64,000 nt of DNA from a virus: IMG/VR virus record IMGVR_UViG_3300025131_000014, positions 1 to 64,000 of that record. One strand, 5' to 3'. The position numbers and the translations under genes are program-made. Each line of letters begins with the position of its first letter. Position 1 is the stretch's first letter. Below the pieces are notes generated by a model. It saw only the letters and a program-made list of their open reading frames with translations, was not told the origin of the DNA and made no database searches. Below are positions 27,101 through 39,100 of the stretch, one piece after another.

Positions 27101-30100
27101 ACATGACCTTCAAATTCATTACTAGCTTTTATAATAGCCTGTTGTAACCATTTATCTACAATTCTTACTATTGGAACTTGAGAAGAGAAAGCACCTCTTG
27201 TTTGAGCTGCAAATGCTCCTGTATCAAACTGAGGTCCAAATATATCTTTCATGGCTAAGTCTAATCCTGCAGATGAATTAACCATTTTTCCTATTATTTC
27301 TCTAGCACCATGTGTCCATCTTGTTTCTAAATCTTGAAGTTGACTAGCAATATCTCCAAAGTTATATCCATGAAATTGTGTTTCTCTGGTTACTCTGTTC
27401 ATAACCCCTTTCCAGGATTTAATTATTTTAATTACTGAGTCAAGTTCAGAAAGATTTCCTCCTTTATGCAAAACTTTATCTGCCCAGTCTAGCTGTTCTT
27501 TTGCTATTTTAAGTGTTTCAACTGAAGTTTGTTCTCGTAAAAGATCATCTCTTTGTTCTTTTATTTTAGCTATTCTTGCTTCTAAAGGAGCAACTGGATC
27601 TTCTCCTTTGTTTTCTAAAGAACTTGCTCTAGTAATACTTCTTTCAAGATTTTTTATTTGATTGTTAAGCGAATTAATAATGATCTGTGTAGCTGAGTCA
27701 AGTTCTCTTTTCTTTTTTCTTTGTTTTTGCGGCATCGCATCAGTACTGTAATCGCCTTCAGGTCTTTCATCAGTTACTACTATAATGTAACCTCTGTTTG
27801 AATCTGGAAATACTTTAGCAGTTACACCAGGATTTTCAGCTTCGATCTGTTCAGCTCGGCTATTTGCTGTTGTAATAAGAGTAAATAGTTTCTTTCCTCC
27901 GTGTCTATTAAGTAAGCCATAGCCTTTTTCTATATTATATAAAGAAAGATTTCTTATAGGAACTTCTTTTGCTTTAGGTTTTTGAGCATAGAATACTTCA
28001 CCTTTTTTAGTAGCTATTCCTATTTTTCCTGTTACTACAATAGGAGTTGCAAGTTTATTAACAGTTCCTTCTTTTATAGCTTTCTTTATAAGTTCATTAG
28101 AATACTTAGGACCTACTCCTTCAATTGTTGATACAGTAATATGAGGATGTTTAACTTTAGATTGTGGATTTTCTATAATAAGTGCCTGACCTTTTTCATC
28201 TTCTACAGTTGCTATTACAGTTAAAGGTATTTCTTGTGTATAAGGTAATGAGTTTATAAGATCTTGATCGGGCATAAATTGAATTGTAGAATGATGCATA
28301 TGAACATTCTTATGTTTTGCTGGAAAAGTTTCTAAGAGAGTCTTATGTACTTTTTTAGAAATAAAGACAGCAGCATAAAGAGCATCTTTTTTAAGTTCTC
28401 CTAATGATATAGGTGCTTCTTTTTTAGGCATATCATCCTTTCCCCAAGCTGCATCTAAGAAATCATCTCCCATCATATTTCCATCGATACCTGCATCTGA
28501 AATAGGATCATCTGCTTTGAGTTCTTTAAAAGGTAATATACCTTGATCTAAATTTTTATATGTAACGTTTTTATTTAGTTCTTTAGTTGCCCATTGCTCT
28601 AAAGTTATAGGGTTTTTTATAGTCTCTCCTGCTTCTCTTTCTCTGTCTAGATATTCTGCCAATACTGCATCCATATAGTCAAAAGCATCACTTACTGCTC
28701 CTACTTCAGGCCATTCCAGTATATCTACTATCTGTTTATTAACAGGTGTTTTATTTGCACGTCCTAGTGAGCTAAAAGTTCTCATATATGTATACATACC
28801 CTCACCGTAAAACTCATCAATATGTGTTAGCAGAGCCTCCCATTCTGTTGGCCATTTTTCTTTAGGTTCTTTATATATAGGTAATGCACTTATAATATTA
28901 CCTACATTCAATTGGAATTTGTTTTTGTTTTCTGCTGCTATTAGTACATACTCTGTTTTTAGAGTAATTTTTTCGCCATACTTGTCTGTTACTTCTATTT
29001 CTTTAGGAAGTCTTTCTTCTATTCTTTGTCCTTCTGCATTTGTATAAGTTTTGTTAAGTAATGTATCTTTTGGAGTAGGATCATAAACAGAATCCCATTC
29101 TTCTGCTCTTTTAGTCATATCCAAATATTTATTCAATCTGGATATTGGTTTTTCTATATCTTCTGAGGATTTATATTTTGGAGCCAATTCTGTATAATGA
29201 ATCCAACTCCCACTTGGTATATAAGCATTTTGGAAATATTCGCCAGGAATAAATTTACCATCATATTCAGTACCTTTTGTTTTAAGATATTCTTCCAATT
29301 TCTTGTTGTCTGAATCAAATTCTTCTTTAAACTTCTTGGCTATTAAGGCATCAATTATAATTCTCCCAACACTAAGGTCTGGTTGTCCTCCAAACTCTTC
29401 AACTATCATTTGAGATGCGCCAGGTGCTGCACGACCAACTCCTTCATCCCATGTCCCTCTATGTTCTATTATTTCCCCTTGTGCCTCATTATTAAATTTA
29501 GCAGCTATAAGAGATTCAATAGACATATCTTTATATTCTTTTAATTTCCCTTTTACATAATCTCCTATAACACGTTCATATTGTACTAAATCTTTATCTT
29601 TTTCATATTTATATTCCTTAATGGTATATTTACCTTTTTTAATCTTAATCTCTTTTTTAGATACTATTTCATCCCATGCTTCGAATTTTAACTGTTTGAT
29701 TATTTCTTCATCTGTTATCTCAATTATTTTACCTTTATCTGCAACTCTTTTACTAGTGCCTGATTTGCTTCTTGTAGCATAATCCAATGCTGTGTCTAAA
29801 TAAGGAGTCAAAGAAACCCCTGTTGTTTTGCCTCCAAAATTATCTTGTGCAAAAATTGTTAAGTCTCCGTTCTTATCTATTTTATATTGAGATTCAAGAG
29901 ATACGCCCCTATATACCTTTTTCTGTTTCTGAGCAATTTCTTTAGGATTCTGATTATATCTTACTTGTTTTTCTTCTTCAGTAATCGCAGGCACTTCTTC
30001 AATATCCCCTTTTTTTATGTTTTCTGTTTTTTTGACTTTAACACCTTTAACCCCACTACTTTGTTGTGTTGGTTGAGTGGATTCTAATTCTTGTTGAGCT

Positions 30101-33100
30101 AATATTAAACCTTCCAAGAATGCTTGGTCTATTAATTGATTTGTGTTATGAGTAAAGCTCTCATACTGCATTAACTTTTTAGCAGCTTCTGAATTAGAGT
30201 TTTGTTTAAAAGACTCAACTACAAGTTGTTTCATTAAACCTAAACTATCTGTTTTTTTCATTTGTGCAACAGTACCTTTACCTCTTATTTTTTTCCCATA
30301 TCCTCCAATCCCAACATATTTGTTATAAGTAGCTTGATCAAAAGTACCAGACTTATTAGATTGATAAGCATGTTCTACACTGCCGTATTCTCTACCTTTC
30401 CAAGTAAACTCTCTTGGAGCTAGATTAGATAAAATTTTGGTAGAATATTCAGACTCAGCTTGTCCCCAGTATACATTAATAGTTCCTTTCTTTTCAACCT
30501 CACTAGTTTGTTGTGCTGGTCCAATATTTAATTTACCAGTATTAAACCATTCTTTACTAAATATAATATTAGAAGGAATAGGTCCAGCAGCATTAAACAT
30601 ATCAATCATTTCTAATCCTGTGTAGCCATTTAAAGATGCTTTAGTAGTATTTCTGTACGCTACTTTAAATTGTTTATTAGGATTAGCTCTGGCAGTCTCA
30701 TATAAAGATTTAATAGATTCTGTAATTTGTTGAGGAGAAATAGATTTAAGACCTTTATTTTCTTTTACTCTTAAATCTTTCGTAGGTAAAGCATAAGCAT
30801 TTCCTTGTAATCCTTCTCCTTGTCCATACTTAGCACCAAATTTATCTTTAGCTTTTTTAGCTGCCCCTGCACCATGCCTACCTTCTGGATTACTTCCAAA
30901 TACAAATATTGTATTTTCTTCAGGAGTTATATCGCCCTCATAATATTGAGCGACCTCTTCTTTTACCTCTATATCACTGTCTTCTGGTACTATTGTAGGG
31001 TCATTAAATCCATATTCTTTATTAAGTCTATCAGCTATAGCTCTTTGGAACTCAATCATTCTTTCTTTAAACTCTTTTTCTCCTCCTTGATATCCAGTGT
31101 CTCTTAAAATGTTATTATATGCCTCAAGTTCTTCTAGAGTAAGTGGAATAGCGTCATAAAACTTTCCTGTTCTTCCTGTACCTCCCACAGCTCCAACACC
31201 TCCGTCTCTTTCAGCTTGGCCATATCGCTCAATTCTTGCTTTTCCGTGTAGTCCTGATCGTAAATTTATTTTTAATTGGTAAGTATTATCCCAAATATTC
31301 TTTATAGTCTTTTCAGGATACGTACCTAAGTAAAGATCAGGAGTTACAACACGATCAACAAATTCACTATCTTCTACAATATCGGCTGCATCCTTATAAA
31401 ATTCTTTTTGGGCTCCTACTAAGTTAAGTGTTTGATTAAGAGCAGCTTCATAAAGACTTTTATCTTCAAATGTTTCAGCTAAAGGATTATCCTTTTTTAA
31501 GGATCCAACTAAGTCAGCAAGTAAGCTTAATAGTTTTTCCCATATATTTTTACCTTCTTCATATCCTTTAGGTATTTTATGGGATAACATAAATGTTCTT
31601 AATCCTTTAGAGGCTGAAATTCCTGCTGTAAATTCATTTACTGGATGATTAATAGAAACAAGAGGGTATATATATGTTGATTCTGCCCATGTTAATGTTT
31701 GATTATTAATAGATTTTTCTTTAACTCTTATAAAGTCTGCTTCAGTAACTCCGTCTTTACCAAATAGCTGGGCCAATGTAACAACTTCTTCTGTTGTATC
31801 CTCACCTTGTAAAACTCGTGTATCTGGTGATGCTGCTATTAGAGCGTCTTTAGTATGTGTAGCTAATTTAATAAGTTGATTAACAATTTTCTTTGTTTCT
31901 GGTGAGGCAATGCCTTTCCTGACTTGATTTATAGCTGCTAAAGTTAAGAAGTGTGTTAATTCATGTATAATAATAGTTTCTTCTAAATATCTTTGATTTT
32001 CAGGAGCAAGTTCACTTGTCCATCCTGTATCTTCTCTTTTAAAACTAACCTCTGCTAGTGTGTATTCTCCTTGGTCATTAAAGCTGCTTCGAAACACTCC
32101 GCTTGATATTGGACCTTTTGTTCCATTAATCTTAATAGTTACTTTAATATTTTGAGGAAGTGTTTCTATAACTTCTTTATAAGCAGTGGCCATTTTTTTA
32201 TGATAGTCACTATTAGAGTTAAATCTAATATCCTCTAACATTTCAATAATTTGTTCTTTTTGATTTTTTATACCTTTGGTTACTTCTGTAATTGAGGGGT
32301 CTTCTGACGGGTCTTTGCCTAAATTATCTCCTACTAACTTTAATCCACTATTGAAAGTATTGGGTGGAGGTATAGTGTTTTCTCCAGAAAGTTCTACTAT
32401 TTCTTCTGGAAGATTTTCTGTATTAAGACTTATTGCTATAGGATCGTTAGGATTGTACTCACTTTCTTGTCTGGTTCCTAATGTGCTTATTCTTCTATAT
32501 ACAGTATATCCTAGAGTACCTTCTTCTTTTTCTTCTCCCATTTTTTCATAAAGTTCCCATCTGTTGGTCTCGTTATTTCTAAAAGAAAGAAAGTGAGCAT
32601 AAAACTTTCCTGGGCCTAAATTACCTAATCCTTCAATTGTTGTTATAAATTTTTCATTTTCTGTAGGAATTTCTCCATCAATACTTTGTCCTGCAGTAGT
32701 ACCTTTAAGTTTTATATACTCTTTTCCTTTTATTTGATTTTTTTTATCAAATGAACTGATTTTTGTAGTTCGGTAAGGTTTATGCTGAAAGTACTGTCTG
32801 GTAAAATTAGTAGGATTTTTATAATAGAAAGGATTTGTTAATGGTTGTCCTAATATAAAAGTATCAAGAAGTGCAACATTAGAAGCTACACTTCTTATTG
32901 CTTCAGGATAACCAAGGTCCATCATTACAGGATATGGAATTAGTCTAAAGAAGTTTCTTGGACTTTGTGTGCCTCCTGTTGCATATGTATATTTTATAAG
33001 GTCATAGGCTAGCTTTTTTAAAGAAACGGTAGCTTCAGCACCATCTGTATAAGGGACTTTTTGATCAGTTTGAGACCATGCAAAGAATTCTCTTACCAGA

Positions 33101-36100
33101 TCAGGCTCCTCTATTTTTTCATTTCCACTTGCCATATATTCAAGACGGGAGGGTGTATTTCCGATATCTTCTGATAAACGAGGGTAAAGTCTTTTTAATA
33201 GTTTACTTCTTTTCCCCCATTCTGTTTGTTGAAGAGCTTTTACTCTTCTGGCTAATGAATTTCTGGCTAAAACTATTGTCGTTTTGCCTTCTTCTTCTTT
33301 TCTTTCTTTTACTTCATCATATAAAAGTCTTTTTCTAAGGTCTTCAAGAGATTCATCAGGAAAGAGCTGGTCAAATACTAGGGAATTTAGGTATTGTTTT
33401 AGATCTGTAAATATTTCTGCTTTTCTATCAATATTCATAGAAGCTATTCCTCCTAATTCTCCTATACTATTAGTAGCTTGCATGAAAACAGGAGATTCAT
33501 AGGGATATAATTCTTTAAATAATTGAGTAGCAAGTACTTCTCCATACATTGCAGATGCTCCTATTAGTCCATTAGGATTGAAAATAAACACATCACCATT
33601 TGGCTGTTGATTTAGTTCTCCTATTATCTGTTCAGTTCCTTTTAGATAGGTTATCCCTTCTCCATCCATAACATCAACTAGTTTTTGTTTTAGCTCTAAT
33701 GCATTTAACATTGTTTTTCCTGGATGTCTTAAAGGTTGGTTAGTATTAGTTACATTTTGGGCGGCTGAAATATCTTCTCCCATTGTTTGGATTACATTTA
33801 ATGCTTCTAGTATCTTTAATTGGTCGTTCCAATAGTTATCTCCTTTATTTTCAGGAGCTGTACCAATCATTTCTTTCATTTCTTTTAAACTAAAAGTATC
33901 ATCAAGATAGTCTTGAGGATAAAGTTTATCTGTGTCTTCTGTTATTTGACCATTTTTTTTGATCATTTCTTTTACTTCATTAAATGCTTCTTCACTAGCT
34001 TTTACCCTGCCCATTATTATATCTTCTGTAACTTTACTTATTTTAGTAGTGTAAGCTTTTACCCACATATGAACTGCCTCTTGATTTGCAAAAGTTCCCA
34101 CATATCTTTCATCAAAGCCTTGAGAAATCATGGCTAAAGCTATTCCAAATGTAGAACCGCTCATATTTAGCTTATGAAGATCCTGATCATTACCATTATC
34201 CATACTGGCAGACTGGAATCCTGATGATACATCATTTTTTGTACCTTTTCTAGATACTAGTTTGACATCGGATACTTTATTTCCTTCATATATTTCTTTA
34301 CCATCATCAGATTTAAACTTTATTTGAAGTGGTACTAAAAGTTTTCTTTTGGAATTTTCAGGATCTGTTATTACTTGCTTAAATTGTGTATCTACTGTTT
34401 GAGCTAATGCAAGATAAGTATTGAATAAAGAGAAAACACCCATTCCAGTTTGTCCGTCTTTGTTAATAAAGAAGAAGTCTCTTTGAGCTTTTGGTGTAAT
34501 AAAGTTAGGTAAAGCTTCATTTTTATTTTTGAGGGCTTCAAGTTCTAATCCTATTTCTCCTATTCTTATTTTTCCTTCATCTAATGGGGTTAATCCTTTT
34601 ATTACTGCTTCAGGAGTTGACATTACTTCATTATAGATCTCTATTACCTGATTTTGAAGGCCTTTCATAGATTCTCGTAGTTCTGCTTCTAACTCATCAA
34701 TATTTTTAATTGCCTCATCTATTGTTTTTCCTTCTTCTTCAGCTTTCTTTCTCTTTTCTTCTTTCTTAATTAAGAGATCTTCAGCATGTTCTTTTGAAGC
34801 ATATTTAACGATTCTACCGTCTTTAGTGACCCATGTCCAGTATTTATAGGTCCTTAGTTTATCTACATCAAAGTCAGATCCCATTTGAGTTACTATCTCA
34901 TCAGGTACTATTGCAAGATCTCCCATATATTCAGGTAAGAATCCCACTATTTCGAAGCCTGCCATACTACTATGACCTTGAAAAGGTATTCTAAATCCAA
35001 ATAGATCAAGAACATCACCACTAACTTTATCGCTATCAAATACTACTTTACCGTTTTCATCTTTTTTAGTATAGTCACTTATTCTTAATATTTTTCCATT
35101 CCCATCTTTAACGGTCCATGGTACTAATATTTGTGCTTTTTGGACTTTATTGTCTTTAGTTAGCATATAATTTAGTCCATCTTCTGGATTATATCCTGGA
35201 GTCCATACAATATCAGATTTATGAGAATTAGAAAGTTCATTAAACCCTCTAACTCCTTTAAAACCTACATTTGATCCTTGTATATAAGCATTTCCAGGTA
35301 AAGTAGATTTAAGTATTTTATTCTTTATAAGAGAAAGAACTAAAGGTTCCATTCTAAAAGATGACATATGAAATCCTAATGGTAATTCAAATTGTGTATA
35401 ACCATCAGTTAATCCTAATGCCATAAGATCATTAAGAGGATACCCTCTATCCATTGCCTCTTCTACTAGTATTTTCCTAAGTTTTCGTAAATCTGTTATT
35501 TGAATTGTTTCTACTTCTTTCCATACATCAGGTTCAACTTCTATTTCCTTTTTTACCTTTACAGCTTTTACTGATGTTAGAAATTCATTATATTTTTTCT
35601 CTAAGATTTTTATTTGGACTTCGCCAAATTTAGTTCGTAAGTAATCAAAGTCAGTACCATTTTTAGATTTTCCAAAAAGGTTTTCAAATAGCATTTTTTG
35701 TCCTTGAGTAGCCTCTCTTATAACTTCTTTAGCTCCCTTATATGGATTTTCTTGTTGTATTTTATAACCAGATCGATCTAGACTTAGAACATTTTTAAAT
35801 TTTAAATCAGAGAGCATATTGCCTTCTTTATCAAATATTGTTTCTACACCTTGGGCTCCTGTTTTTACACCACTTACATATATTAATGCATCACCACCAG
35901 CATCTTCTAACCCTAATAAAACATTTTCTATTTCTAACCCTTCAACTACTTGAGGAACTAAAGGAAAAGCAGATGTTTTTAAGTACATAGTAATAGCTGC
36001 TCTTGTAGTTTGTTCCATTTTAAAACCTGTGTATACAGGTTTAAGAGGTTGTAAAATAACATCTTTCATCTCCATATCAGTGTACTTGGATTTTTCAAGT

Positions 36101-39100
36101 TCACCTCTTGCTTGGGTTTCTGCTGTTTTGTCTCCTGCTTTTTTAGCGGCTATAATTTTTTTAAGAGCCGCTAATTGCTTTTCATACTTGTCAGTAAGTA
36201 CTTGAAAGTCTGTATCAGATATTTTACCATAAGCCATCAAATCTGTCAGATATTCTCCCATTGTTGTTAGCATCTGAGCATCTGTTGATTCAAATCCAGT
36301 ATTAGCTCCATAAGCTTTTCCAAGTTTTTTTGACATTGCTGTCATTTGAGCAAGATTTTTACTTGCTACGTCTCTATCATTTGCTATTACTATATTAAAA
36401 TGATTAGCTCTTCTGTGGTGTACTGAACTATTAATAATAGCTGGATTATGCCAATATCCTTTTGTTCCGCTTGCTCTTACTTCACTTAATCTTTTATTAA
36501 GATTGGCAAATGTATTGATAAGAGTATCTTGGAATGTTCCTTTCTTAGCTTTCTTATAATAAAAAGCAGGATCACCACTCATTACTTGGAACATTTCTTT
36601 ATGAGCAAACATATAATTAACTACATAATCAGCTGCTGCTGCTTTTATCTTACGTCTATTAATTGTATCAACAGTAAATCCTGGAGTATTTGTGTTTCCT
36701 CCAAGTGTTTCTCTGTTATTAAGGCTATTCATATATTTCTCACTAAAACCTGTCATCTCCCATATATATGTGATTTGTCCATTTTTTTCTTTAGAAGTTC
36801 TTTTGAACATACCCATTGTTTGCCAGTCTTTTACTTGTTCATTTATTGCAGCAATAATATTTCTTGCTATAACACTTTTTATACTAGCTTTTTGTTCTTC
36901 TCCTAAAGGGATTATTATATTTCCTTCGCCATCCCAAATAGAAGTGGTTATATCACTTTGATTTTCTTCTAATTGTTCTTTATTAAGAAAAGGAAACATT
37001 ATAAATTTATCTCCTCCATCTTTATAACTGTTAACTTTATTTCTTTCTTTTTCAGAAAGTGTTTGGAAAGACTTTATTCTTAGCATTTCTGCTTCATATA
37101 TGTCATAAAGTGCATCTAAAGCTTCTTCTTCAAGTCCTGCAATTTCTTCTACGTCTTTAACTTCATTCCAGGCTATTTTAACTTGTTTTCTTAATGCATG
37201 GATTATAGGAATAACAGTATGTTCTGATGGGGTCATATATAGATACTTGGCTCTTGTTTGATTTCCATGATTTTGAAATAAACCTATTTTGTATATCTCC
37301 ATTTCTTTTGGAGTCATCTGTTCGAGGGCCGCAGCAGTACCTCTTCTTATACCGTGAGATATCCCATCTGCTATTTCTACTCTGAATGTATTTCTTAAAG
37401 ACTGTCCATTTATATATCTACCTTGTCTTTTATTGTATATATCTGTAATTATCTGTTTTTCTTGTTCATTAAGCCCTGGTGGAAGCATATCAGGAGTTAT
37501 TTTTTCTCCTAATGTTAACCTATTAAAAGCTCCTAGCCATTCTGAATTCCATTGAAAAGCCATTTTAGATAAAGTATTAACATATTGTGCAGCTCTTTCA
37601 ATTTCTTGAGGTTGAGATTCTTTTTCTTTAGGCTCATAAGAATCTGCTAAAAGAAGAACTTTTGCTTGTTCTGTAAATTTAGACAGATCAGAATATTTAT
37701 ATAGAAGCTGATTAGTAACATCTCGTGTTCCTGTACCCATACTGACACCTCCTATTTTAACATCTGCTTTTGCTAATGCACGGATCCTTGCAATCTGTCC
37801 TTCTGTAAGATCTCTAAATGGATTTTTAGACTCAAAACTTATAACAGGTTCTACATTTTTTTTAGCAATCCAATGACTTACTAATTTTACTTTATCTCCT
37901 TTTACTTCTTTAACAGTATATTCTTGTCCTTTATAAAGAACAAGACTTCCTCTTATAACAGTTGGTTTAACAAGTAAAGTTTCAAATAAGTGTTTTATAA
38001 ATCTTCCTTGTCCTCCTGAATGTAATAGTGCTGTAGGGCTATCAATGGTTCCACCTATTTGGTTTAATCGCCCTAAAGTAGTTTTAGGACTCATCACTAA
38101 TTTTAAAGCTGTTTTTGCACTAAGTTCTATACCAAGTAATTGTAAAATTTCTTGTGTTTTAGCAGCTACTTCAATTTGAGCTTTTTGGGCATCATATTCT
38201 TCTCCTTTCTTTTGTCGTAAACTTTGAAGAGCCTCATTAGACAGTCTTACATATTCATCATAAATAGCTTTAGCTTTATCTTTTGATATGTATGCTTTTC
38301 CTCCTATTAGATCTATTAGACCATTTTCTTCCATATTAGAAAGAAGGTTTTGTTGCCATTTCTCTACTAAAAGATTTACATCGTTTTGTGTGTCTCCACT
38401 AAAAGTTAAGATCTTTGATCCCTTATTTGATCCATCTACATTTCTATTAGGAGTAAATTGTGCTACTACCCTAGTTACTTCTGCTTTTGAAGGGAAAGCT
38501 ATTACAAATTGAGATTTTAGTTGATTGGGATTTTTAACATTTTTATCTTTATCTAGATGCATTAAATAATTAACAAGTGCTCCTATTTGAGCATTACCTG
38601 TATCTAATGCATATTCTTTTAGTACTCTTACTATACTATTGAAATCTTCAGGAGTTCCTACTAATATGTTTAATAGGTTATTATAAAGATCTTCATAATT
38701 TACAAAAGTATCTAGTCCTAGATAATTCTTTTCTTTTATATACTTAACCTTACCATTTACTTTTTCTACACCTGTAATTTTAGAGAGTCTTGATAAGATA
38801 AGCCTAATTTGCCAAGGAGCGGTCTTTTTGGAATCTGTACGAAGTTTTGCTTTTGAACTGTAGTTTTCTGTAATTCCGTCCTCTATATAGGTTTCATCTT
38901 TTTCCTCTTGGACCCCTTCTTCTAAATCATAGAGATACTCAACAACTCCACTGTCTTGTATTTTTATTCCAATTCTTCCAAGCTTTTCATTTACTACCTT
39001 TTGTATTGCATCAAAATTATTAATCAAAGCTCTAAACTTTTTAGCTCTTTCTTGATTTGCTTCTATATCTGTTGCACCTGCAACATTTTTAATGAGTTTA

